Part shown: positions 27,001 through 39,510 of the stretch, piece by piece
Position numbering within the stretch: position 1 is the first letter of the stretch
Layout: each line of letters begins with the position of its first letter
Assembly (NCBI GenBank): GCA_043228905.1
Contig: JBHGNT010000017.1
Span: 18,352,001 to 18,416,000 of the forward strand
Direction: 5' to 3'
Origin: Azolla caroliniana
Lineage: Eukaryota; Plantae; Polypodiophyta
Length of the DNA: 64,000 nucleotides
Notes under the pieces: generated by a model
What the model saw: the letters and a program-made list of their open reading frames with translations, nothing else
What the model was told of the DNA's origin: nothing
The model's database searches: none
Translations under genes and position numbers: made by a program

Positions 27001-28106
27001 AGAATCCAGCAACCATGTGTGTGCGTCTTGCGCACTATAGAGGACTTCTCCGATCATCGAGTCCTCTAAGGAGAGGATTTCTCCCAATCAGGTGTCAACA
27101 ACATTGACTTGGCTGCCAGTTGGAGAGTGATTTGAGTCGGATCTTCCTCGATTCTGCTCGTATCGCTGACCACTCTCTTTCTTCTTGATCAACCAGTAGT
27201 CGGAAACATTGTGGTTGGTTTTTCTACAAAGGGTGCATAATTCGCTTGATCGACTCGTTCTCGACTTCAACCGTTGTCGGTCTCCCCTTGTTTTCGATCG
27301 ACTATGATTTCGACTAGTTTTGTCGATTTGTTCTTTCGATCGACTGTGTCGGTCGACCAATTCAGTCGAGTGGTGGACTTCTGCCAACTCGTCGATGGTG
27401 AGTCCCATCGCTTTTCGCCGAATATCATCAATGAGGATTTGGTCGATTATTTCGTCCAGATTCAACCTAAGGGTGGTATTGGCGAATGTCGTATAGAAGA
27501 CCTCCCAACTTGCTGGCAAGCTTGACAGGAGGGCAAGGGCTTTAACTTCTTCAACAAAGTTAATCCCTTGGGAGGAGAGTTTAGACAACACCCGACTAAT
27601 GGTGTTGATGTGAGAGGTTGTTGGGTCTAACTCTCTCATCTTCATATTGAATAGTTGTCGAATCAATATGAGTTTCAACAAGGAGGACTTCTTTTCGTAC
27701 ACTACTTGCATTCTTTGATGTTTTGTTGTCGTTGAACAGCAAGTCACTCTGATACCACTTGATGGAAAGAATGCGCGGAAGTAAGTGAGGATCTGTCGGT
27801 TATGTGCACAACAAACAACATAGAGAGTATGACAGAAGAAATGATGGAAACGTAGATGCAATTCAAGCTCTAATGGAAGATCTCGTTATTCTGTAACTCT
27901 GTACTCAGAGACTCAATATACAAGAAGAAGATCAAAATTATTAGTGACAACATTAGGCTGTTGCTTATATACTAAGTCCTAACTATTTGGACGTGTTCAC
28001 ACTAGGAGACAAAGTGGAAGGAGTCGACTTGTTATGCCAACATGCTTTGACATAATTATGAGTTGACTATGAAACATTGATTGATGGGTCTAATTTAATA
28101 TTAACA
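20560..28106 (-). mobile_element. Ty1/copia element D (5' half, decayed), interrupted by copia C
   Basis: LTR about 27760-28106, PBS 27746-27757, gag 27088-27700. Integrase 26031-26500 continues at 20560-20754 (VPQAL|WLGKQP). Confidence 0.85.
20755..26025 (-). mobile_element. Ty1/copia element C, structurally complete, coding region decayed
   Basis: LTRs 20755-21382 and 25446-26025, PBS 25431-25442, PPT 21385-21394, exact TSD CATAG (20750-20754 and 26026-26030). gag 24600-25427, RT (YVDD) 22341-22985, RNase H 21534-22196. Confidence 0.95.
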
Positions 28107-31100
28107 ATAAAATTTCCTGCCCTTGTTTGAGATCCTTAGAGAAGGATTGGATCTTCAAGAGTGAGAGGTCGCCATGCCTCAGGGCTTGTGGTTCGGGTGG
28201 TGGGGCGTAGGGGATTTGTGGATGTTGGCCGACCAATCGTAGCAATCTACGGAGAGAGAGACTTGGAGGTGGGACTTGGAGTTGAATTCGGACTCATCAA
28301 TGGTAAGGCCGAGGGGTTGGGAGTCATGAGGAGGAGAAGAAGAGCAAGAGGATGTGGCAATTGTGTTTTTTGGGTTTCTTCACGCCTCTAAAGTTTTTTT
28401 GTCCCAAACTAGTTTGGGGATCGGTTTGGTTCAAGTTCAAGAATGATTTAGGCTTAACCGGTCCATTGTCGATTCCCAGGCAACACATGCATATTAATTA
28501 GAAATCACTATAGGAACTAAGGGTGTAAATCCATGAGTTAATAACTTCACACTAATTAGTCCAAAACATGCTATTACTTAGATGGTCAAACATATATAAT
28601 TATATTATTAAGATTTTTCGGGAATTGAGTATTCCTTCATGAAAAGACCATGGGTGTCAAATAAATTTGTGGGGAATTTGTTCTCCTTTCCATAAAGTTG
28701 TGCAAACAAATAAGTCTCATCAAAGAAGAGCAAGAGAAGAGTTTCTAGCTAGAAAGTGTAGTTCTAATAGATATGGACGACACGATATCTCGTTGTGGAT
28801 GAAACAAACCCATGTAAGATTTCAAGAAAATTAGAAATTAAGCGTACCAAATGTGGTGGTGATGCAAATACAATAGACCAATGAGTTCTATAGAGAGATT
28901 CAACTGGGAATCATGCATTTTAAGATGGAAAAACGACCAACAATTGTTTTTAAATGCACATAATATCAATCCATCACTAGTTTAGAGTAACAATTACCCA
29001 AGAATACACCATTCTTGAAGAATGTTTGCCAATAAGTGTGGGATAACCATTGTGGGGGATGTAAAAATCAAACAAGAATATCAGGCTATTAGGAACCTAA
29101 ACCCAACAAGAGTGAAAGCACTGATTACTAGGAAATTATTGCATTGGGTTCTTGTTGTATAACATGAATGTATAATATTGGTGGATTCCTTATGGAACTC
29201 CCTTTATTGTATTTACTCAAGCAAGCCTTCAGTTCATGTTTTTCCATCTCCCATAGTCATTCTTTATAGGCTCATTAACGTTCTTCCTAAGATGAAGTCA
29301 CTATGAGGAGACCTATCTTATTTGTCACTTTGCATGGCTTCTCTCTAATGTTAGGACCTTGGATTAGCATGTGGCATTCCTCAATTCACTTCCATCACTT
29401 CCCCTCATAAGATCATGCATTGATTTCCATGCCCTCTACTACCTCATTATCACACCTCATCGGATGGCTTGTCCGTTTGGTGGCTTTGTATTGTCCATTC
29501 ACAACTAGTCAACACCTACATAACAACAATGTGGTTCCAATGTTTCTCATATTTTCTTTCCTACCTTATGCACAATTTCTTATGTTTCCCCTTCACATGA
29601 ATGCCAGCTTATGTTTGAGGTGAGTCCAATAAAAAGCATATACACATACTTTTACGGAATGCCAAGGGGGTTGTGTTTCATAAACCCCTCCATGTTTCTA
29701 TGTGTTGTAGGGTTAGGGTTAGGGTTGATGATTATGATAGTGATGAAGATGGAAATGGTGGGTGATTAGTGTTGCAGGGTTAATGTTGAGATTGATAAGC
29801 ATTTTGGGGTGTGTTAGGATGATGTTGAGAATCATTGCGGGGTGGGGGGTGGCGCCTCCCTCCCAAGGGGGTTCAATGTGAGTGAGAGAGAGAGAGAGAA
29901 ATATTTTCTTATTCATTCATTCCCCATAAGGGGGTAAAATAATTACAATGAGGTTAGATACATAGGGGTACATGCCCCTTTAGCCATCCACACCTATGAC
30001 TCACTCACACCATTTCCTATCTGTCCACACACATGTGCGTGTTCCCACACTTACACATATACTCACACTCGTAATCGTATACATTACACATACATACAAC
30101 AACATTAAGTCTTTCACCCTCAGTCATCACACTCAAATCTTTGTACATCTCATATGGTAACACTATTTGGCGGCCAATCTTCTTGTTGTAGTGCCAAACA
30201 ATGCAATATTTGCTAAATAAATTGATTAATTTCACAACCAAGGTTAAAAAAACATAATTTTTGATTAATTTGGAATTACATATAATTCTCAAATTTGAAC
30301 CACAAGTAATCATGATTCTACTTTTTCGCTAAAGTAAAACTGAACTTGACAGTACGTATGGATTAAATAGTGTGATAGATGGGAGGTTTCAGTATCTTGA
30401 TGTACAAATGGTAACGTGTATACATACACTACAAACATATTGGGTAATTGCTATAAAGCACGGTAACATGTTACTATTCTTTACCTCCCTTGCACGAGAA
30501 ACATTTTCTAATAGATATAAGAGTCTACTTTGAAATAGTCGATCTTTTAGAAAAAGGAAAACCACTTTGTACAATAGATCAATTATTTGGCTTCGAAGTT
30601 ATGCTTCCAAAATATCATGTCGATGAGATGAAGTTTTTGTAATCTATCTTTAACTTTGCAATTGTAGAGTTAGGAATGTGAACACATATATGTTGATGCT
30701 GTGAATGTATCTTGTTTAAACAATATTTATCGAGCTTATAAATTATCTCATCGTGCGATGGACACATGGATGACATAGAGGACATTGCTTTGCAAAAAAT
30801 CAGGCCGAGCTATGATACTTCTGAGAGTGAACACAAGCATCTATCTAATACCCAGTCGGAAACTATTGCCTACGGACAGATTTGCCAGAGACAATCCATG
30901 GATGGACGGCCATAATGGAATGGTCTTTTGGTCAGCTTCGACACGTACATATATGCTAGTGGCGAGAGAGTTTTTTTCTCTTCGTTTGCGTCTTTTCGAG
31001 AACACACACACACACACACACACACACACCCCTCCTCCTCTTCTTTGCCATTCATTGCCATTTGCTCTCAAAGATTCTTCTCTCTTTCTTTGGTCAAGAG

Positions 31101-31218
31101 TAGGAGTGTGTTTTTGTTTTGTCTTTTTTTTCCCCCTTTTCTATCTTTCTTTCTTAGAGGTGATACATTTAGAGGCTCCACAAAACACAGAAGAAGAAGA
31201 AATAGAGAGGAAAAAAAA

Positions 31219-31332
31219 AACCTAGGGTTACATGGGGGGGCCCCAAATCTGGGCCGTCAGATGGAGTGGAATCGGACGGCCCAGGATCCACCGGAAGACA
31301 ACGTATAAATATATACACATCTGCTTCTACTC

Positions 31333-31369
<37 letters not shown>

Positions 31370-31500
31370 ACAGAGACAGAGACTGATACAGAAACAGAGG
31401 AAGAAGAAGAAGAAGAAGAAGAAGAGAGAAGCTGATCGCCATCGCCATCGCCATCGCCAGGGCCTCCCCGAAGCTCTCCCCTCACATCCTCGAACCCTAG
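31219..31500 (+). promoter_or_regulatory. eIF5A proximal promoter and 5' UTR
   Basis: TATAAATA 31304-31311, inverted pair of TGGGCC site-II-like motifs 31249-31284, telo-box-like AACCCTAG 31493-31500, (CT)n and (GAA)n tracts. Confidence 0.6.
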
Positions 31501-31510
31501 CACTTTCGCC

Positions 31511-33397
31511 ATGTCTGACTCCGAGCACACCTTCGAGCACAAGGCTGACGCTGGTGCCTCCAAGACCATCCCTCAGCAGGCCGGAACCATCCGCAAGAAT
31601 GGCTATATTGTCATCAAGAACCGCCCCTGCAAGGTAAACGACGCTTGGAAACGGGTCTATTCTCTACTGCTCGGGCTAGCTTTCTGTATCATCGATCGAT
31701 CTTAGACGTGGCTTGCTCTGTTCTATCTGTGGTTTGACTTGGATTCCATTGTTTTTTCTCGATCTCTGTGGTAGCCTTCACTGTGCTCCGATCTCGGAGG
31801 TTTATCGCACTGATTTGTTGTTCTCAGAGGTAGATTACGCTGCTCTGTTGACCTCGGAGTCGGATTGCACTAGCAGATGTGGATTCCACCGTTTTGTGGA
31901 GTTAGCTCTGTGTTTCGTTGATGTGCTGTGGTTCTCCTAAACGACCAATTTTTCCTTAAGTAGTTTGAACGTACTAACCAGATTAGGTGTGCAAGCAGAC
32001 ATTTTTAAATATCCTTTGTTTATTCTCTGTCTGGGAAGCTGTTCTGCATAACCCACCATTTGTGGCTTTGGATTCCTGCGAGGAGTTTGGCTTAAATCAG
32101 TGCCATTTCATGTAGACACTTATACGTCAATTCCAGAAACTGAGGTTTTTTTATCCACCCGTCTAGACTCTTGGATATAGTACTGCTAACTCTCCTTTTG
32201 GTTGCCATTCTTTCTGTCAAAGCATTGATGGAATTCTTTCACTTACACATCCTATGTCTTATGTGATGGCTGTGAATTCCTCATGGGATGGAAGAGCATT
32301 TTACTGGATTGCTCCACTTTCATTCCTCTTCCAAATGTTAGCAGCGTGTTTTTTCTCCTTTCCGGATAAACCCTTTGTATACTCATACCTCTCTACGTGA
32401 GTTTCTGTAAGTAGTGTGAAGCAATCAAAGCAGATCAGGTTTTTTCTCCTTTCCGGATAAACCCGTTGTATACTCATACCTCTCTACGTGAGTTTCTGTA
32501 AGTAGTGTGAAGCAATCAAAGCAGATCAGGTTTAGTTTTGTAGTTTAAATCTTCAATTCTAAATACTAATCTGTCAATTCACGAAGGAAGAGCTACTTCT
32601 GTAGCTACTTGACCTAACCCGAAGGGATTTAACATGCCATTAATGTCAAACGTCTGATCTGTAGCGAGTATATTTCGTTGACCTCTGTTGCAATTTAACC
32701 TGTGTATATATCTTTGGAGTATGCTCTGTAATCAAATAATCTGACTGAGTTTTGTCGTGTATATTTGATTTATGACAGGTTGTAGAGGTGTCTACCTCAA
32801 AAACTGGAAAGCATGGACACGCGAAGTGCCACTTTGTTGCTATTGACATTTTCAATGGAAAGAAACTCGAAGATATCGTGCCTTCTTCCCACAATTGTGA
32901 TGTATGCCTTTTTGATTCTCTTTAATGCCATTCACCTTTGAAAGTTGGGTTTTTACTTGGAATTCTATGTTAATTGCTGTAACATGAACTTTCTCTGATC
33001 AGGTTCCTGAAGTCACTCGAGTTGATTATCAGCTGATTGATATCTCTGAGGATGGATTTGTAAGAAACCGAAATGCTCTTGTTGTTACATTTCAGAGTGT
33101 CGTGAGTATTTGTGATTCACAACCAACTTTTTTTTAGGTGAGTCTCCTTATGGAAAATGGTGGTACCAAGGATGATCTCCGGCTTCCTAATGATGAACAG
33201 CTCCTATCTCAGGTTAGTAGTTATTGTATTTTTCTTCAAACAATTCCGTGTTTTGTCTGTGGAAGGATTGTTGAAGTACTTGTGTTAATGCACAGATTAA
33301 GGATGGATTTGGTGAGGGCAAAGACCTTGTTGTTACTGTTATGTCCGCGATGGGAGAGGAGCAGATTTGTGCACTGAAGGATATTGGTCCCAAGTAA
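31511..33397 (+). CDS. eIF5A: Eukaryotic translation initiation factor 5A (159 aa, 5 coding exons)
   Basis: Exons 31511-31633, 32779-32901, 33003-33059, 33138-33212 and 33296-33397. All introns are GT-AG phase 0 and the exons total 480 nt. Hypusine motif [12 protein letters not shown]; ends ALKDIGPK. Confidence 0.97.
32348..32533. repeat. 91-bp tandem duplication in eIF5A intron 1
   Basis: Copies at 32348 and 32439 differ by one base. Confidence 0.92.
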
Positions 33398-35149
33398 ACA
33401 GTGTCTGTAAGGAATCGACTCACAAGCTCATACTCCCTTTGATAACAGAGTTCTGGGACTATTTGGTTTTCTTTTTATGCACTTTCTATTTTGATGAGAA
33501 CTTTTAGATTACCCCTCCAAATCTTGTAACGATGAGGAAAAATGGATCTAATGTATTTTCTTTATCCCTTTTTATCATTAATATTGGTGGTTATTATTTA
33601 TAGCTATGTCTAGAGGAGCCTAGTCATGGTGGATGAGTGAGATTAGTATGTTATACCAGTGGGAATTTATTTTCTCTGTGAGATTATTCCTTCTCTTGAA
33701 ATTTGGAATTCATTTTGATGTTCTCTTTCATCTATGTTAAAGCTCGTTTATGGTGTTTCAATGGTTTGCCATAATCCCATGTAGGGTGATTGCTGTGACT
33801 ATTTTTAGCAGAGAGTGCTTTATTGCAGAATTCATCTTGTATTTAAGCTCAAATTGGTGTTTCAATTGTCATACTCGTGCACTGCCATAGAGTGAGTGAT
33901 TACTTTGTGGAAAATTTTGTATTGCAGGTTTGATTCTTTCTACAGAATGCCTATGAAGTATACACTCAAGACCTACTAGATAAGCTGATAAACTTTCATT
34001 TTGTGATATTTGAAAGTGTCCTAATTTAAATGTGCACCACTTGGATGGAAGGATCTGATATGATGATTAACCGGCATTGAACTGTGAGCTCCGGTGTTTT
34101 CTCTTGTTCATTTAGGTTTGTTAATTATCCAATGTTGGATCATCTCTGGAGCAATTTCACCTCTAAACCGGAGTAAATGTCTGTATAGATCAATTTCTCT
34201 TTCATTCTTGGGGATGAAGAAAGTTGATTACAGAATGTCATACTGACTTAGGTATAAGTGATTATGAAGTCATGAAAATAAAATTCATTGTCATGTATAA
34301 CGGCAATATTTGTGGGTGTGCAGTCAGTAACCGGCTGAAGTCATTAGATACCACAGGTATAAAACATTAAATGATTTATATGAAATGCATACATAGTGAT
34401 AATGTCCAATATACTTTGTATAGGTAGAGACAATGGCCTGAAAATCATCATTATCACAACATAGGTACATGTGAAACAAAAGATAGTTACGTCTAATAAT
34501 ATGCATTGTCTCGTTATGACACATTATCATAGTGTTTATATATCATGTAGCATGTACACGGTCAGACAGTGACCTGGTTGGTGATTACAGTAGGATGCAC
34601 CATTGGGGTGGAAAAGATTGCCCTTCTATTGTTGATGGGTAATGACTTTCATACTTAAAAGAAAAGATGGAAAATTTGAACTCAGTGCTTCACTTTATAC
34701 TATCTATTGACTTCTATGAAGAAATCCTTGTCCTCTGAATAACAAAGGGTTTTATGGTTAACATTCATTGTAAGGGCTAAATATGCAAAACTGAGAAATC
34801 TACTGCTTTTCTATTTTTATTCTTTGAGGTTATTATATTATCTGCTTGTAAATATCTAGGAGTTTGTTCTCTCTTTGGATCTCATCAGTAGATAATAAAG
34901 CACTGTTGCCTGCTGTAAACTAACTTGTAGAAACCCAAGAGGTTTCTATACTTTATTTGTGGACTACTTCAAAGAGGTTACTCGTAAAGCATATGCTCAA
35001 TCGATCAATCATAATTGTCATCATCTGTGTTGTTTCTTATGGGTCCATATAATCTTAACTATGAGCGAAAGGAAGCGTGTTCGAAATAAAGTGATCCCCA
35101 GAAATTTGAACTTGTTGATCTTGCACTATGAAATGACTAATTGAAAGCT

Positions 35150-35499
35150 GGGACATACTTCTACATTCAAAAATATGTACAAGATTTGTGTAATTCACAT
35201 GAATAATACAATTCTCTACTCTTGATATGAATGAGATCGTAGAATGGCAACCAATGCAAATTCTTGCATTCTTTGTAACATGTAACAGCATACCTTTTGG
35301 CGTAATGATATGGGCAAATGCAATTGCGAGTATCTCACTAGACGAGTGACGAGACTCTTGTGAGTAGCTTCCTGGTCAGAAAAGCTCATAAATTTCTCCT
35401 CGCTTTCTATATACATGTACTCTGAAGATGGTGCTTATCATTCATCATAAATGAATGGATGTGGGTATAATAATCAGTCCACAAACATCATTCTGGATT
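35150..35499 (-). pseudogene. Decayed E+/DYW deaminase remnant behind the PPR1 stop codon
   Basis: In frame after the stop: NPE*CLWTDYYTHIHSFMMNDKHHLQSTCI*. Then, frameshifted: SSEILAIAFAHIITPKGMLLHVTKNARICIGCHSTISFISRVENCIIHV...HIFEC, matching HSEKLAIAF..KNLRVCxDCH..IS. Confidence 0.85.
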
Positions 35500-38178
35500 T
35501 TACCATGCTTCATTTTGCACTCTCAATGCCTCAACCTTATCTGATTCAATTTGCATGCCACTTTCTGAATATATATTTCTCATGCCAACATATGCGGATG
35601 CACATTTTACATCCAGTTTCAATGACTGCTCAAATGCCCATCTCCCAAGCTCCACATTGACCCATTTGCGACAACCACTGAGTATCACCAAGTATAGAGT
35701 AAGCCGATCATATGAAGGCACTTCATCTAATAACCTTTTGGCCTTGTCAAAATGTCCGGCTCGGGTAAATAGATCAATCATACATGCGTAGTGTTCTAAT
35801 GTTGGATTGAGACCATAAACTCTAGACAAATCATCAAACAAATTTTCTCCCTCCTCAAGTAGGCCGGCATGACTACATGTTGTCAATAAAACTAGAAATG
35901 TAACAGAGTTTGGCATTGTACTTGCTTCCTTCATTTCTTCAAACAATTCCAATACCTTTTTAGGTTGTCCTAATTGGGCATACCCTGCCATTAGTGATGT
36001 CCAAGACACCACATCTTTCATTGGGATCTGTTTAAAAATTTCTCTTCCCTTTTCTAGCATACCACATTTGGCATACATGTCTACCAATGTAGTGCCTAGT
36101 AAAATATCCTTTTGCAACAAACCTTGCTCTCTTATCTCAGCTTCAACACCTTCCCCTATCTCCATGGATCCTACAATGCTGCAAGCTCTCAATATGGAAG
36201 TATAAGTAATTGTATTCGCTGAGATTCGCTCATCTTTCATCTTTTTGAAGCATTTCAATGCTTCATCGCTACGCCCATGTTGCACATACCCTGTTATCAA
36301 TGCATTCCAAGACACAACATTTCTTATTGGAAGTTGCTCAAATACTTCTCTTGCCTTCACGAGTGCACCACACTTGGCATACATGTCTACTAATGCAGTG
36401 CCAATAACTATCTCCTTTTGTAGTAGCCCTTTGTTTCTGACCTCTACATCTATGTGTTTACCTATGTCAAGACACCCTACAATGGCACAAGCCTGCAAAA
36501 TGCAAGTATATGTAACTGCATTTGGAGAGATTCCTTCATCCTTCATCTCCTTGAAGCATTTCAAGGCTTCATTACCAAACCCATGTTGAACATATCCTCC
36601 AATGAGTGCAGTCCAAGACACAACATTCCGCTTTGGAAGGTGATTGAATACATCTCTTGCTTTCTCTAGTGCACCACACTTAGCATACATGTCTACCAAA
36701 GTAGCACCGAGTACAAGATCTTTTTGCAGCAATCCTTGTTTCCTAACCTCAACAGCCATATTTTCCCCAATCTCAAGAGATCCAACAAGTGCGCAAGCTT
36801 TAAATACACAAATATAAGTTATTATATCAGGGGAGATGCCCTCTCCTACCATCTTCTCAAAGCATTTCAAGGTTTCATGACCTAGGCCATGTTGGATATA
36901 CCCTGACATAAGGGCAGTCCAAGACACAACATTCCTTACTGGAAGTTGCTCGAACACTCCTCGCGCCTTATCTAGATGACCACATTTGGCATACATGTCT
37001 ACCAATGTTGCACCAAGCACCATATCCTTTTGCAATAATCCTCGCTTTCTAATCTCGACCTCTATGATTTCACCAAGTTCGGGAGCTCCTTCAAGGGTAC
37101 AAGCTCTCAAAATGCAAGAAAACGTTATCGCATTTGGGCTGACACCCTCATCCTTCATATTTTTGAAGCATTGAAGTGCTTGATCACCAAACCCATGTTG
37201 AACATAACCCGCGATCAATGAAGTCCAGGTCACAACATTCCGCACTGGGATTTGCTTGAATACTTCTTGGGCTTTTTCGAGAGCGCCACATTTCGCATAC
37301 ATGTCAACCAAACTAGAACTAAGCACAATGTCTTTTTGCAATAACCCTTGTTTTCTAATCCTATCATGGATGTCTTGTCCAAGATCAAGAGATCCAACAA
37401 TACCACAAGCTTTCAAAATGGAAATGTAAGTTACTCGATCAGGGGACACTCCTTCATTTGCCATCGTTTGGAAGCATTCAAAAGCTTCATTATGAAGCCC
37501 ACAATGTACATATCCAGATATTAATGCATTCCAAGATACAACATTCGACATGGGGATTTGTTCGAAAACTTCTCGAGCCTTTTCAGGCGAACCACACCTA
37601 GCATAAGTACTAACAAGGGCAGTCGAAATGTAAAGGTTCTTCATAAATAACTTCCTGCGGCGAAGATCACTGTGCACCCTTTGTGTCTTGTGAAGGTCCT
37701 TTTCCTTTCCACATGCTTTTATGAGGTTAAGAAGAGCAACATGATCATGTGAATGTAATTTGGGAAGTTTCGCACTGTGTAACGTAGTATGGTCATGTAG
37801 AGGGAATGTGGGCAATTTCACATTATGCAGCTCTTTTAGTTTGATCTGAACCCACGGTGGGTTCTGAGAGGAATCAATCCATAAGGTCTTTCGTGTTGGC
37901 TTGTGGATAAAAACAGGGAAGGATTTGGAGCTTTTCTGCGATGATGAAAATCAGTGAGATGAAATATAGAAGATGTTCTAAATTTGCAGCGACAATAAGA
38001 GAAGACGGGGTCATGTTGTTATTGTTACCTTATGGTTTTGATGGATCCAGAAGCTAGAAGGATCACTGAAGAATTCCTTCCACAGCAAATCAGAAGACAT
38101 TGATGATTGAAGGGAGAAGCTGAGCACTCTGTTTTGTTCTGTCTCAAAGGAAATCCATTCTTGACAAATTTTTATCAT
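35500..38178 (-). CDS. PLS-class PPR protein (E-type end) with N-terminal OSB PDF-like motif (PPR1)
   Basis: Long intact ORF of P-L-S triplets ending in E1/E2. The ORF has no ATG at its start. Predicted exon 1 38178(or 38100)-38029, GT-AG intron 38028-37936, exon 2 37935-35500. The exon 1 model is less certain than the PPR ORF. Confidence 0.9.
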
Positions 38179-39510
38179 CTATGTATTCGATTTAATTGAA
38201 GATTTGGACCCTCTGATTTTTATTTATATTTTTTTAATCTTTTGCTATTCTTCATTCTTAATGAGCACATACATGTAACGTCCTCTTCCATCTAATCGTT
38301 ACTTTTATTTGATTTTCTTGGATTGGGTTCTCTTTATGGGCTAATTTTTTGGTATTCATAACAAATTTAATTATTGATGAGATTCCTCGACACCCCGGCA
38401 AAGGGAAGTTTGTATGTTACATCAACGTGTTCAGCCAAGGAAAGTTCACAAAGTGATGTACCGAATGAAATCCCAGGCATACTTGTAAGTTGGGATGACC
38501 TAATGTGGTTTCTAAAAATCATTAAGGCACTCATTCCATTCCGACTCTCAGCTGAATTTCTTTGATGACATGCGTTCAAACCATTATGAGACCTCAAATT
38601 GCCCATTCCTTGAATTGTCATTTATGTCCCTTCTATTGGCTTCAAAGAGGGAACTTTGCTAGAAAGATTGATTAGAATCTAATCTTACTTCTTGTAATGG
38701 ACGAATGTTTGTGTGCATAGCATAGACTTCGAGGAAGGAGAAAAGACAAGGTCACATGGAAATAAGCTGATGCTCTTCACGCCATTGGAAGAGAAATGAT
38801 GCATATACTGATGTTTTGAGTACTGGGAAATCACCTTAAGAAATAATAACGTGATAATGATTCATTCTATAGATGAGAGGAATATCTAATATACTACATT
38901 GGAATATTCATGATTGCTTGAACAAGTAAAGGATGAGATTTGCTTTGTTAAAGATGATAAAGTCGGCACAAAAACATCTTCTATGATCCCATCCTCAATT
39001 ATCTTTCAACAATTTGAGCAAGGTGGCATAATAACAACATATTCATTTTGCCCACATAGCACACCCTTCTTTTCCTACAAAATAGCTTGGCATGCCGAAT
39101 ATATCGTAGTCTCTCATCAATTACTAGCATTGCATAAGCATCGACACATATACAAACACAATAGCATGAACGCCTTTGGAGATGTGGGCAGTATGCACCC
39201 ATATAGGGATAATGTGCAAATACATCATTGAAGTGGTAGAGCCTCATCATGAACTATATATAGAGGGCGAGGACCTCCTGTTGGTACTGAGAGCAAACTC
39301 AAATACATGAAGTGTTTTTGGCATATTACTAGTTTATATTCCTTATCACTTTCTCTTGCTCATTGTTACTATTCTCCTCACTTGGTTGTGGTCCTCATTG
39401 GTATCCGAAGCTCCTCTAGTACAATCTTCAATTTCAAGGATGAAACATATTGCCCAAAATATGTGAATGCTCACTCTTACTGACATTAAGCATGAAAAAA
39501 TTATGCTACT

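Noticed and set aside
28161-28391. Short GC-richer ORF-like segment
   Set aside because: No recognisable domain, splice structure or start context on either strand.
29708-29726. (TTAGGG)3 telomere-like tract
   Set aside because: Too short and embedded in G/T-rich low-complexity sequence.
30785-31569. ORFs upstream of or overlapping the eIF5A start
   Set aside because: Microsatellite-driven frames in the promoter and 5' UTR.
35400-35502. Stops behind PPR1 being repaired by U-to-C editing
   Set aside because: This is a nuclear gene, and a frameshift and active-site change are also present.
38367-38621. Possible further upstream exon or transit peptide for PPR1
   Set aside because: No convincing splice pair linking it in frame to 38178-38029.
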